Part shown: one piece after another, positions 26,346-39,038 of the stretch
How the letters are laid out: each line of letters starts with the position of its first letter
Numbering within the stretch: the first letter of the stretch is position 1
DNA from: Octopus bimaculoides
Lineage: Eukaryota
Direction of reading: 5' to 3'
DNA length: 64,000 nucleotides
Assembly: GCF_001194135.2 (NCBI RefSeq)
Contig: NC_068989.1
Coordinates: 70,533,019-70,597,018 of the forward strand
Notes under the pieces: generated by a model
Database searches by the model: none
The model's input: the letters and a program-made list of their open reading frames with translations, nothing else
Told to the model about the DNA's origin: nothing
Made by a program: the position numbers and the translations under genes

Positions 26346-26929
26346 TATATAGCAACGAATTTACTTTGAAGCTGATATGTTTATATAAATATATAATTGT
26401 GTATATTGTTTTACATCAGCACACTCGGGAGAAACAAAACGTTAATGATACACAAAAGTATTTGTCTTTTGCAACATTTTGGAAAAGAGAAAAAAAAAAA
26501 GTTACTGTAAGCAGTTGGATATTAACAGTGAATAAAAAAAAATTTCTAGTTAAACTGATAATATACACTTTGTTAATCCATTTTTGAGATTATTGAAGAA
26601 AAAAAAACAATCACATCTATTTACTATGGGGAAAAAAAAAAAAAAAAAAAATTATACTTCTTTTTTGTAATGGGAAGAAAGAATTCGTTACATTCTTTTG
26701 CACCTACTGGGAATATAATAAGCATTTGCCAACTTAAAAAAAGAACCCAAGAAAATATCTAATAGCTTATAAACAGAAATACATCTAAGAATTTTCCAGC
26801 AAACTGTTTACTTAAATTCAAGGTGTTTTATTTATATATTATTCATTTTACTCTTACAATAGATATAAAAAATATAACTATAACCTGTTAAAGTGTAAGG
26901 ATTAAAGTATATATATCCACCAGTAACAG

Positions 26930-27345
26930 TTCCAATTGGGAAGGGCATCAAACAGGGAGACACCATACCTTTAAACCTCTTCTTTGCATATCTAGAAATG
27001 GTCATCAGAGGTATTGACTGGACATGTGGAGTTAACATGAATGGTTAATACCACACCTCTGATTTTCAGATGGCATTGTACTCATCACTGAAACTACAGG
27101 TCAGCTGCAGATCATGCTGACAGAGCTGGACATCCATTGCTCAACATATGTCTTAAAATGAACTGCATGAAAACAAAATACATGCAATCCAAAGATGTAG
27201 CACAAGGCTGAATAGAGGTGGGAAGCAATGAAATTGAGGAGGTAAAGGGGTATGTGTACTTAGGGCACACAGTGAATATGCACCAAGATATGGAAGCTAA
27301 AATCAGAAATCCCAGAGAGAATAAGAGCAAGATGGAAGACATTTA
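26930..27345 (+). mobile_element. RTE-clade non-LTR retrotransposon reverse-transcriptase remnant
   Basis: Degenerate RT motifs GIKQGDTIPLNLF, HL*FSDGIVLI (LRFADDIVL), LQIMLTEL, LKMNCMKTKYM, IEEVKGYVYLG and RRIRARWKTF. Confidence 0.8.
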
Positions 27346-28260
27346 ACCTAAATAAAGGATGTGCTCCAAACGAAGCTGGGCAAGACAATATGTACCAAAC
27401 TCTTCAGGACACAGCTTTGGGCAAAAAGTCCAAGAAGTAATCATTAAAAAGTCAATCAGAGCCATTTCAAAGGACCTCAAGGTTTCAGAATGCACGATCA
27501 GAAGAGTTGTTCATGAGGACATCTGGTACAAGATGTATGTGATGCAGGGGGGATAGTTTATGTTGGATGTCACAAGAGAGAAAAGTTCGATCTGTACAAA
27601 GTGCTTGCTAAACAAATTTAAAAATCAAGGTTAGAATGCTTTGGTTGTTTTCCAATGAGAAAAACTACAATCAGGACCAAAAGGCAAACCAAGGACAAGA
27701 CACATAGCTATGCAGACTTGAATGAAGTTCCAACAGTCAGTCATTCCCAGCAGTTCTGGGAGTCATTAGCAACAAGGGAGATGTCATGCCTCCTCATTTT
27801 TTTTTACAGGGATTAAGAGTCAATACCACTATCTATATAGGTATTGGAGAAAGTTGTGAGGCTCTTGATAGACAGAGTACACAACAGAAGATTATGTCTT
27901 CCAACAAGACTGCAAGGTGAGAACAATCCAAGCATGGATGCATGCCAGTCTCCATGATCGTATTCTCCCAGACACATGGCCTCCTAGCTCACCAGACCTC
28001 AATCTACAAGAGTATTTATTATGTATGGGATGTAGTCAAGAGAGGGGTCAGTTAACATCCCCATAACACCATGCAGTCTCTTATGTCCACCATAACCAGC
28101 ACTATGTCCAAAATTGATAAAGATTATCTGATTCAGACACATCATTGCTTCCAACTCTCTAATAAAGCAGCCACTGAGGCTAACAGCGGATTCATTAGAA
28201 AGGTGTAATAAAAGGGTTCTCAAGATTGTTTGTACCAATTAGTTTTCAAATACAGCTTTT
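27346..28260 (+). mobile_element. Decayed Tc1/mariner (maT-like) transposase remnant
   Basis: Frameshifted motifs KSIRAISKDLKVSECTIRRVVHED, WLFSNEK, VISNKGDVMPPHFF, YVFQQD and WPPSSPDLN..YYVWDVVKR. Confidence 0.8.
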
Positions 28261-29082
28261 CTTTGATGAGCTATGTGTCTTTTTCTAAATTGATACAAAT
28301 GACCTCAAAAACACTGATGCACTGTGTGTATGTATGTATATACAGATACACACACACACACATATATACATATATATCTATTATATGTCTTGTAATTTAA
28401 AAGAAAGACCTCCAGTTAAAAGTGATTTTAAATTCATATTCTTACAGACAGCTGTATAGCCAAAATATATCAAGAAATAAATGAGCAATATCTGAAGACT
28501 AAAAATGACACAAAGAGTAAAATTACGCGCTTTAAACCTAATAGAGCATATGATACAGGTAACTGCCTTCTTAAAAAAAACACAAAGGAAAAAACCCAAC
28601 TAAGTACCTTAGTTTAAGAGGGATACATTTTTCTTATCTAACAGTTATTCCCATAAATCAAGCCAGGTACTACATCAAAAAGGGATCTTCAATATACAAG
28701 TTATTGTAGCTATGTACTGTTGATAAAAAACTTAAAGACATTTGATAAAGACACAAAAATCACTTCTAAAGCAAGAATGCTTACAGCTGATTTCAATAAA
28801 AATTTCAGATTATGAATCTACTTTAGAAATTATTACAGGATTGTAGCTGTTGGTGGTGGTAGTGAGGAAATTTAGTGTTGGAAAAGGGAGTTTTTAATAG
28901 GAGGTGCTTGTTAGCAAGTTGCTAAGTTAAACGAAACATGGCAACAAATCAAGCATGTAATCCGGAAAAACACTTGATAACCACTACAACAGGGTGGTAG
29001 TAACAAAACAAGTAGTGAGGTGGTCTGGTTGCTGTTGTCACAGCAACAGGTTGCTGTAGAGGAAAGTGGACTGAGAACTCAC

Positions 29083-29121
29083 CTTGGAAGAGAAAGCTCA
29101 TGAGGCGATCCCGGGATATAG
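29083..29121 (-). CDS. MTSS1: Probable 39-nt cassette microexon (A)ISRDRLMSFLFQ(G), phase 1-1
   Basis: Long pyrimidine tract (ctatctctatctctccccgaAG), strong donor AAG|GTGAGT, CpG-rich, and frame-compatible with the flanking phase-1 junctions. Confidence 0.55.
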
Positions 29122-30627
29122 CTTCGGGGAGAGATAGAGATAGAGATAGAAAGATAGGTAGGTAGGTAAGTGGAGATGCAGATGGAAGATAACGCAAATA
29201 ACAAAATATTGACAGAAAGTTAATCTTAAAACCAAACAAGAAGACCATGTGGCAAACATTTTTAGAGCAAGAGAGAAAGAGAGAGAGAGGAGAAGGAGGG
29301 GAAAAGGAAACAGTGGTTCAAAAGACGGTGAAGAATCTACTAGTTAAAACCTACAAGAGATGGTGAAAAGGAGAGACAAAGGAGTGTAGATAGAGACAGA
29401 TAGAAATAAGGAAAAAAGGGTGCAAGAAAGTGAGTGTTACAAGGGTATGGGGTAGGAGGAGGAATCAGAAAGATAAACAAATATTCAAAAGAGCATGTTT
29501 CTACAAATATCTTCATTCAGTTTCACTAAGAATACTGAATGATAAAAAAAAGATGAAAGAAACACGTATATACAGATAAGAAAAAAACAAAAACAAAAAA
29601 AAAACAAATCTCCATATTTACTTTCAAATAATAATGGAATTATTTTAATTTCAACGATTTCTCTTATATTCTTTTTTTAATATCAGTTTTACTGGAATGT
29701 TTACAAGAATTTCCATGCAAAACTATGAAACAGAAAGGAAACTGTTGACATGGGAACACTACAGGGGAAGGTGTTGGTGATAATTGACATTCATAACAGA
29801 TCCAGTAGACTCAATCAAAATCACTGTCTGTCAGTCTATCTCTCGAATTGAATCCAGACAAGGCATCAGTCAGTCATACAAAAGGATCAACTAACAAGGA
29901 TCAGGTGCTAATAATGGTGCAACAATGGAACGTAACCCAAAGACATGCTGAAGAGGAGGTTCTTTCTTTTGGAAAATGCATGCATCTGGAGACAAATTCC
30001 AATGTATCAGTCTTTGTTAGCGAAATCATTGATTTGGAGAATAAGTACTTAAGAAATAACTGAGAAGAATCAGGCGGGAAAAGAATATATATAGAGAGAG
30101 AGAGAGAAAGAGAGAAACTAGAAACAGAAATTTAAAAATACATGCTTGAAATGTAATTATACATGCATACATACACATATGCATGTATGTATGCACACAA
30201 ACTCTAAGACAAACATGTTTACAGGAATGATTTTAATATATAATCACAAATTAGTCAAGCCTCTTTCATTACAAAGAAGAGCTATTTGAAAGAATTGAAA
30301 ATTATATTAATAACAATAATAATATTAGTAGGAATAAAGCAGCTACTGCCTGTCCCTGGTCCCACCCCCACCCACAGAAAAATAAAGAATAAAAAACTTA
30401 ATAATAATAATAATAGAAGGTATAGACGCTTTACTGTGCCAAAGTGTTTTATTACATGGCAGACGGAAAAAAGTAGTGTTGTTATGAGCAGGAGTGTGCT
30501 GATGATAATGATAGTAGTGGTAGTAGTAATAGTGATGTGCTGTTTTTACTGCAAGAAAGAAAGGTAGCAATATTATTTCCAATGGCTCAAAAATGGTTAC
30601 ATCTCATCTGTAAATAACTTGTGACAT

Positions 30628-30701
<74 letters not shown>

Positions 30702-30796
30702 AAAAAAAATCCAAATTAATGCAAGGCCCAGTCCCTTCCATGCAGTTATAGAACTACATTCATCTATAGAAAATTTAACAGTTCTTGATTCCCCAT

Positions 30797-30827
<31 letters not shown>

Positions 30828-30884
30828 AAAGAGAAGGACAGATAAATCTATTTAACATACTGCTCTCTAACATTGAAGTATGCA

Positions 30885-31391
30885 CTCAACCTTGGCAGAA
30901 TTTGAACTAAGAACGTAGCAGCTGACAAAATACCACTAAGCATTTTGTCTAGCATGCTAACAATTCTGCCAGCTCACTGCTTTTTTAATAATGATAATAA
31001 TAATAATAACAACAATAATAATGATATTGTCATGTACTGTTTATCTTGATATGAGATCACCATGTTGCACACATATGGTTGTGATGCATGTACCTTATCA
31101 GACAGGTAGTCATGATGGGTATACTGGGCTTTGTATATTTTACCCCAGTGTCACTTTGAGGGCATGCACTACTCTCTCACGCAATAATGATAATTGGCAC
31201 AAGGTCAGTAGTTTTGGGAGAGGAACTGAGTCAGTTATATCGACCCCAGTGCTCAACTGGTATTCATATTATAAACCTCAGTAGGATGAAAGGCAAAGTT
31301 GACTGGTGGAATTTGAACTCAGAACATAGCTAGACAAAATACTGCTAACAATTTTGGCAAGCATGCTCACAATTATGCCAGATTACTGCCC

Positions 31392-31434
<43 letters not shown>

Positions 31435-31635
31435 TCTAATTTTGGCAAAAACCTAGCAATTTCAAGGGGAGGGGTGGCAAGATAATTACATTGACCTCAA
31501 TTCTTTACATTATTTTATTCACCTGAAAGGTGGATGGGCACGGTTGACCTCAGCAGGAATGGAACTCAGATCATAAAGAACCAATAAAAATACTGCCAAG
31601 CATTTTATCCAATTATTCTGCCAGTTAGCCACTTA
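30885..31635 (-). mobile_element. Cluster of family A SINEs (one head-only, two near full length)
   Basis: Same motifs, with an (AAT)n spacer at about 31392-31432. Confidence 0.75.
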
Positions 31636-32248
31636 AATAATAACAACAGAAAAGCCAGATAATGGTTTTTAATCTGAGTCGACAGATTACATCTAATACC
31701 CCAAGAATACTTTCCTGCTTATCAAATTTCCCCTCACAGGGTTTTGGCTGATTCTAGACTATGGTTGTAGACATTTGCCCAAGTTATTTTAACCTAATGT
31801 CTCTATGAGATGAGATGACCAAGAGAAATGAAACTGCCATTGAAGAATAAGTGAACAGCAAATGAGAAAAAAAACAACAAAAAAAATAGAATAAAAGAAC
31901 CGCAATGGTGAAGTGTACCAGTGAGAAAAGCCATGCTTATTAGCCCATATGTCGTCAGCTGCAACAAATATAATATAAAAACAGAGAGAGAGAGAGAGAA
32001 ATGTCTGTATAAAAGGCATGCAAATATCAAATATTAACTAGATTATTATATCTGGGCTCGAATATGAGCAAATCCCTACAATCCTTGGTAAATGAAATGT
32101 TGAACAGAAATATACCACTTTGTGACAATGGTGTTTGTAGTTTTACACAACCATTTTTTTTCATTGTTCTTTTTTTATCAATGAATAATTAATAAGTTTG
32201 ATCTCTGTTTAATAGTCCACTCTTTGCTTCTATATATATATATATATA

Positions 32249-32482
32249 CTTTATTTAAAAGCAGCAGAAATATAACAAAAGACTGTTACTCTGAGTTTCA
32301 CGTTCCCGTTCATCGGACAGTTTTGTTAGAAATGGAAAAACTGTCCGATGAACGGGAACGTGAAACTCAGAGTAACAGTCTTTTGTTATATTTCTGCTGC
32401 TTTTAAATAAAGCATATTACTCTACCTCTGGTATTTGAGTACTCTTTTTTCCACCTTGTTGCACATTTTATGTGCTTACTCT

Positions 32483-32484
<2 letters not shown>
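32249..32484. mobile_element. Penelope-like-element terminal-repeat fragment with perfect 76-bp inverted duplication, inserted in (TA)n
   Basis: 32249-32324 is the exact reverse complement of 32337-32412, with a 12-nt loop. Each arm holds a hammerhead core. The 3' part (32429-32484) recurs at 20019-20075. The Penelope assignment is inferred from the ribozyme type and inverted architecture. Confidence 0.65.
32336..32384 (+). ncRNA. Minimal type I hammerhead ribozyme motif (U4C core variant); mirror copy on the minus strand at 32277-32325
   Basis: Stem I ACUGU/ACAGU, core CCGAUGA, stem II ACG-GGAA-CGU, GAAA, stem III ACU-CAG-AGU, triplet GUA. Predicted cut between 32374 and 32375. Confidence 0.7.
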
Positions 32485-32555
<71 letters not shown>

Positions 32556-32980
32556 ACACACACCATAGGACAGGTTGTAAGTTTTCTATAGCATTGATTG
32601 TTGTGACTAAAAGCTTCAAAGAAGAAAGCAACTATTTACACTAGGCATAAAACAGAGGGTTATAGTAGCCACCCTCCCCAGCTCTCCAACTATGTTATTA
32701 CTGTATAACTTAAATCAATTTAAGTGATACTGAATCGAACATCTGCTGTACAGCAGAAAATTTGTAACAGCATGAAGTGAAAGAAAAAAAAATCAACTCT
32801 GTTTTCCTATGCTACAGTATATATTGAACCTACAAACTACAGATCCAGTAGTGAACACTAAGTTGCTATAACCATTCCCAAATATGAAGAATCCAAGCTT
32901 AAGGAGATGGTCATAATCAAACTAATCTCCCTTTGCTGTTGGTGAAAACACAATTCTAGGTATATATAGTATACAGGGGT

Positions 32981-33340
32981 GGAGGCGCAATGGTCCAGTG
33001 GTTAGGGCAGCGGACTCACAGTCATAGGATCGCAGTTTCGATTCCCAGACTGGGTGTTGTGAGTGTTTATTGAGCAAATACACCTAAAGTTCCACGAGGC
33101 TCCAGCAGTGAGTAGTGGTGAACTCTGCTGTATTCTTTGACAACTTTCTCTCACTCTTCCTTCCTGCTTCTGCTGTACCTGTATTTCAAAGAGCCAGCCT
33201 TGTCACGCTGAATCTCCCTGAGAACTACGTTAAGGATACACGTGTCTGTGCTCAGCCACTTGCACGTTAATTTCACAAGCAGGCTGTTCCATTGATCGGA
33301 TCAACTGTAACCTTCGTCATCGTAACCGATGGAGTGCCAC
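32981..33340 (+). mobile_element. tRNA-derived SINE family C, well-preserved copy
   Basis: A-box TGGTCCAGTGGTTAG and B-box-like GTTTCGATTCCC, followed by a non-tRNA body shared with 50790-51080. Related heads at about 2385-2686, 3460-3590, 13380-13670, 40850-41180 and 47520-47830 (minus) and 25190-25460 (plus). Confidence 0.75.
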
Positions 33341-34395
33341 AAGTATAGAGGGTAAGACAGAAGAATGTTCTCTATTTTACACAGCTATTGCTGTTGAATT
33401 ATTTAAGAATGGTAAATCTGAGGTATTTTTTGATGCACCTTGTATATAACTTACAATTATAAAATACCTTTGAATTTGCCAAAACCTACTATAAAATGTG
33501 TTTGTACAATTACATTTTCAGGTTATAAGCTGTGTCAGTTGGTAAGACATTTCAAATTCACTGCATGTGTTTCCTTGTTATCTGTGAGTAGGGTACTTAG
33601 TTTGATGCACCCCAGTTCACAAAGTTGCCAAGAATAGTTCTGGAAATGTCACTAGTGATAGAGTAGTGTGCTACCTCACGGTGTGTGTGTTAGTGTGTGG
33701 GATTTATCTCATCTGCTCTGATGCTATAACACCAGAGATAAGAACCAATTTTTATGAATGTTTCAGAGAATTTTTTAAAAGTATTCTGAAACTAAAACAG
33801 AGGTGGAGAGGGGGGGGGGGGACAGAAATCTAGTTGCCAAGTCATGAATAAATAGGTTTTTCAGTAAAAATTAAAGCACTATCAAGCAATNNNNNNNNNN
33901 NNNNNNNNNNNNNNNNNNNNNNNNNNNNNNNNNNNNNNNNNNNNNNNNNNNNNNNNNNNNNNNNNNNNNNNNNNNNNNNNNNNNNNNNNNNNNNNNNNNN
34001 NNNNNNNNNNNNNNNNNNNNNNNNNNNNNNNNNNNNNNNNNNNNNNNNNNNNNNNNNNNNNNNNNNNNNNNNNNNNNNNNNNNNNNNNNNNNNNNNNNNN
34101 NNNNNNNNNNNNNNNNNNNNNNNNNNNNNNNNNNNNNNNNNNNNNNNNNNNNNNNNNNNNNNNNNNNNNNNNNNNNNNNNNNNNNNNNNNNNNNNNNNNN
34201 NNNNNNNNNNNNNNNNNNNNNNNNNNNNNNNNNNNNNNNNNNNNNNNNNNNNNNNNNNNNNNNNNNNNNNNNNNNNNNNNNNNNNNNNNNNNNNNNNNNN
34301 NNNNNNNNNNNNNNNNNNNNNNNNNNNNNNNNNNNNNNNNNNNNNNNNNNNNNNNNNNNNNNNNNNNNNNNNNNNNNNNNNNNNNNNNNNNNNNG

Positions 34396-34750
34396 GCACA
34401 AAGCCGGAAATTTTGGGGAAGGAAGAGTGAGTTGATAAAAACAACCCTAGTATTTGTCTGGTACTCTATTTTATTGGCTGTCAGAAAGATGAAAGGCAAA
34501 AATGAACTTGGTGGGATTTGAACTCAGAAGGTAAAAGTGCTGGAACAAATACAAGGAACTTTTGCCTGATGCTCTGATGACTCTACCAATTCACTGCCCT
34601 TGTTTAACAGAGCTCTAATAATCCTTTCTACTGAAGGCACAAGGCCTTGAAATTTTTGGGGAGGAGACTAGTTGATTACATTGACCCCAGTGTTTCACTG
34701 GTACTGAATTTATTGACCCTGAAAGGATGAAAGGCAAAGTTGACCTTGGT
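34396..34750 (-). mobile_element. Two family A SINEs next to a gap
   Basis: Same motifs; the second copy lacks its head. Confidence 0.75.
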
Positions 34751-36261
34751 GATAACAGAGCTCTAATAATGACATCATAACTAATAAACTTTTTGGATAA
34801 GGTGCAGTGTAGCATATTGAACTGATATTCATCAATATTATACTAGAAGGGTGTGTGTGGGGGGGTATGCTATATTTGTAGTCAATAGATCAAAAGACAC
34901 CCTACCAATTTCTGCTGTCCACCACTCTAAAGAGCCCAAATAATTCCTCTATCAGTACATCTGAAAAAAGTCTGTGTGTAAAGCCCATTCGAATAAGAAA
35001 GAAGTATAGCAACAAATTTGCAAAACATTGCAAAAGAGATAAGTTGAGTCAATGAGTCAACTACATGGGGGTAACTTGCAGCCCATGGAACCTTCTAAAT
35101 GGCATCCCTAATGAAAAGTAACTTAATTTTTTTTAGTAGTGTGGCCTGCCTGATGATGGACATTGTATCAGGCAGCCTGCTTCATGAAGAGGTTGCTGAT
35201 TCCTGGGCTATACAGTTGAGTGGCCTGCTAGAATTAGCAACCAAATTTCCCTGAAATCACACCACTACTGTATTTAAAATGGAAAAGACACAAAATATTA
35301 CAATATGGTTGAAAATAGACAGAATGTTTATGGCTGGGACACCTGCGAACATAGGTCTGCTTGACTGAAGAAGGCTTGAGGGCTGAAATAACTAAAAAAA
35401 AAAAGGGCAGTTGGTAACTTTTGGATATTAGATTTACTACTAAGTATCACCTGAATGGTTTTTCTAGTTTAAACCCTCTACAGTTAATCTTAGCATTTGC
35501 AATGCTAAAAAAGGTAACTCTGGTTTGTACAACAGAAGAACATGGTAGTCAAAATAGACCTAAAATAGCTTGAATCAACAAGCTGCAACCTGAGTTTGTT
35601 CCAATGAGGTTTTCAGCAGATACCACTGCTGAGTATTGCTTAAAAAATATGGTTAGTGAGAGAATTAAGAAAGCAGGAATTTGATATCTGGCAGTGTGGT
35701 TATGACATCCATGGAACCAGTTCCATAAAGATTGGTGTAGTTTTGGCGTGCATTTGATTACAATGATTTCTGTACACCAAAAAATGGTAAAATGTGAATG
35801 GAATGGTGTAAATGCTGAAAGGTGAGAGGCTGAAATCAAGCAAGAAATCCAGAGAACAATTCCAAGAACATCGGTAGAAATTATTCTTTACAATGTAGAG
35901 TACATCTTTTTCTTTTTTCTTTTAATCACCTGATAATTTAATTAGTCAATTATTATTTCAGTAACTCATAACATTCACACATACACATTGACAACTCTAC
36001 ATTGCACTTGCAATTAACACTATATTTCCTGTTACCATAATTAGAAACAGTAGCTAAGTTTGGCTGGGCTACTGCTGTGTAGGAAAACAAAAATGCACTG
36101 TTAAATCTGCTAGAACAGTATATGTACACTGAGTGGCTTGTGTGGTTAAGAAGTTTGTTTCCCAACCACATGCTTTCAGGTTCAGTCCCACCAAATGACA
36201 CCTTGGGCAAGTGTCTTCTACTATAGGGCCAGGCCAACCAAAGCCTTGTGAATGGATTAGG

Positions 36262-36690
36262 TAATCATCATCATGTCTGCTTTCCATGCTGGCATGGGTT
36301 GGATGGTTTGACTGAAAACTGGCAAGGTTTCTATGGCTGAATGTCCTTCCTAATACCAACCACTCTGAGAGTGTAGTGGGTGCTTTTTATGTGCCACTGG
36401 CACAGGTGCCATTGACTTGGCATTGGCCATGACTATGGTCTTACTTGGATTGACGGATCAACACAAGCATGATGTATCACCAAGGGTCTTGGTCACCTGT
36501 CACTGCCTCCATGAAGCCCAAAGCTTAAATGGTGCTTTTTATGTTCCATTGGCATGGGTGCCAGTCAGACAGCACTGGCATCAGCCACAACTACAATTTC
36601 ACTCGGTTCAAGAGGTCTTCACAAGCACAGCATATTGCTTGACGACTGAAGGGTGCTTTTAATGGGTCAGTTATGTGACTTCAGCATTGA
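36262..36690 (-). mobile_element. (GAT)n-tailed retroposon family D fragment
   Basis: catcatcat-...ttccatgctggcatgggttgga...gg(a/c)tg(g/a)atg(c/t)ccttcctaa..ccaaccac motif, also at about 1-60, 513-700, 15395-15800, 58288-58328 and 60740-60800. Confidence 0.65.
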
Positions 36691-36703
36691 CCACAAACTC
36701 CTA

Positions 36704-36759
<56 letters not shown>

Positions 36760-38512
36760 CGTATGTGTGTGTGTGTGCATGTGTGTTTACATCTTCTTGT
36801 CTTGACATCACATGATAGATAATTGCAAATAAGTATCACTGTCATACAAGCAATATTATTCCTTTCCAATATTGTACCAAAACTTATCCTCCAGTCATGG
36901 AAATACTACCTTGCTTGAAAACAGGTGAGAGTTGGCAACATGATGAGTATCTACCTCAATGAATTTTGCCTGACCTATGCAAATATGGAGAAGTGAACAT
37001 TAAAATGATAACAATGATCTACAATGATTAGACATTGCAACAATGGGTTTAAATTGTGATTGTAGTATCCAGCCAGAAGAAAAAGAAACTCAAGGCATGA
37101 TTACACGAATATGAAAGCACATATGTGTGCGTACACACATACACCTAACTATATATGTATTTTCAGTTTCTTTCACCTAACACATTCGATGTTTAAAAAC
37201 AACAACAAAAAAAAAAAAGATAAAAATTGTTCAACAAAGATGCCAAAGTTGATGTCCTTGAAATTAGTTCTTTGTTCCGAGACAAAAAAAAAATTCCTGT
37301 TAATATCAGAGAGCTGTGATCAAACTGAACTTGCAAATGAAGAAGGGGAACCATCCAATGTGACAAAGCGTGCCTTGCACAGTTGACAGAATAAAATATT
37401 TGCTGATTGAGGTTTTGGAAAACAATAACAAAAAACAAAAAGTTTGTTGTCAATGCCAAAGTTATTTTTCTGAAAATTTTAAAACAAATATTGAGAATAT
37501 TGCAATCATAATACTAAAAAATGTCTAAGAATAGAAGGTTTTCAAAGAAACAAGTAATTGGATGACTAATTAAATGAATTAATTAATCAATAAACAAGAC
37601 ATACAAACCTGAAAATGTATGAAATAATCACAAAAAAGATAAAGATTATGATACAGAAAATGAAAGTATAGATTTATGATATAGTTACAAATTCTTTGAT
37701 ATATGAAGAATATATATGTTTTTTTTTTTTTGCTTTGTTCTTTTATCAAACACTCATAAGACTAACTAATATATTGTCATTTGTTAAATGTCCCAAACTT
37801 GTTCACATGGCTTATTGAAAGGTCTCTCTCTATTTAGCAACTCCTTTTTCTAGGCATCTATTTTTCCTCAATATACTAAAATTTGACAAGTAAAAATATA
37901 ATTTCTATCACCTAGAAAACATGCATTATTAACCCTTTTGATACCAGCCCTGGTTATATGATACAAACTTCCTCTTTTAAAGTCATTTAAATTCAAAACC
38001 TTTATTCACATATTAACTTTGGGTTACCAACCTGCCCAAGACTGACCCTGGTTCTAAGAATCAAAATTAAAAATTCTGTCAAAGTTATATATTAATTTAT
38101 GATTTATGTTCCAAATATATTACTAAATCCTTTGTTATTTTCAAAATTACTTGAAACAAAGGCAGTGTATTTCAACAGAAATACGGTAACAAAAGACATG
38201 TTTTTCGTAATCCACAATTTCAGTTCCTTCAAGCTTACATATAAACTACTGCATCAACAGACACAGTATTAGTTTTATCCCCAGCAAAAGTTTATAAGAA
38301 TTTAAACTTTTTTTTTTTAGGTGAAGTAAATTTAATAGAATGTGAAAATCCTATTAAATATTTCAAAATTCAAATATCCATCTTAGAGATGCGTTTAACT
38401 TAGAAATGCTTTTAACTTTTTGATACCAAATTATCTCAGATTGTTAACTGACCACATTTCAGTTTGATCTTTTGTAATGACTTAATCAGGAATTCCTTAT
38501 GACATTAAGAAG

Positions 38513-38729
38513 TTAATCCTTTTGATATCAAACTGCTTGAGATCAGCCATAGTTCTCTAATACAAACTTGCTGTTTTAAAGTGATCTAAATTAAAACCTG
38601 ATACCAAATTTCCATGTTAAATTTTATGTTCGAAACACCAGCTTCATAATAATAATAATAATAATATTGCTAAATTCTTTATTATTTCCAAAATTAACTG
38701 AAACAGAAATATGGTAACAAAAGGGTTAA
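38513..38729. mobile_element. Second piggyBac-type MITE family; partial relatives at about 37929-38190, 8990-9185 and 21150-21330
   Basis: TTAA(T)CCTTTTGATA ... TAACAAAAGGG TTAA ends. The shared core ttttaaagtgatctaaattaaaacc...ctaaattcttcattatt recurs in the other copies. Confidence 0.7.
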
Positions 38730-39038
38730 ATGAGTCCCTGATTATATTTTAAAAAAAAGGTTCTATCAAGAGTTCAGACTGCTCATGCACACATCCACCT
38801 ATATGCATATAAAAGTGCTTTATTTTAATGTTTTAAAGATGAAAGAAAACTCTACAGCAGCAAAGATACAACATCAAGACTAAATCTATAATTACATAAT
38901 GTTTCTAAACAGAACTACTTTATGTCATTTACAAAGGTAAAAAAAGAAAAAAGAAAAATGGTATAGTTTGTTTTTCTTAATCTATTTCGTAAATAAATTC
39001 AAAATATTAATGAATGATTAAAAATAAATAATCCAAAC

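Noticed and set aside
29869-29985. Possible phase-1 alternative terminal exon DACIFQKKEPPLQHVFGLRSIVAPLLAPDPC* after tttgtctccAG
   Set aside because: No homology, no donor and no clear polyadenylation signal; indistinguishable from chance.
32981-33056. tRNA-like sequence with A and B boxes
   Set aside because: It runs into a ~280-bp body shared with other copies and lacks a proper acceptor stem; it is a SINE head, not a tRNA gene.
35549-35839. 96-aa minus-strand ORF within the intron
   Set aside because: No recognisable motif, and the candidate acceptor gives a stop in the required phase 1.
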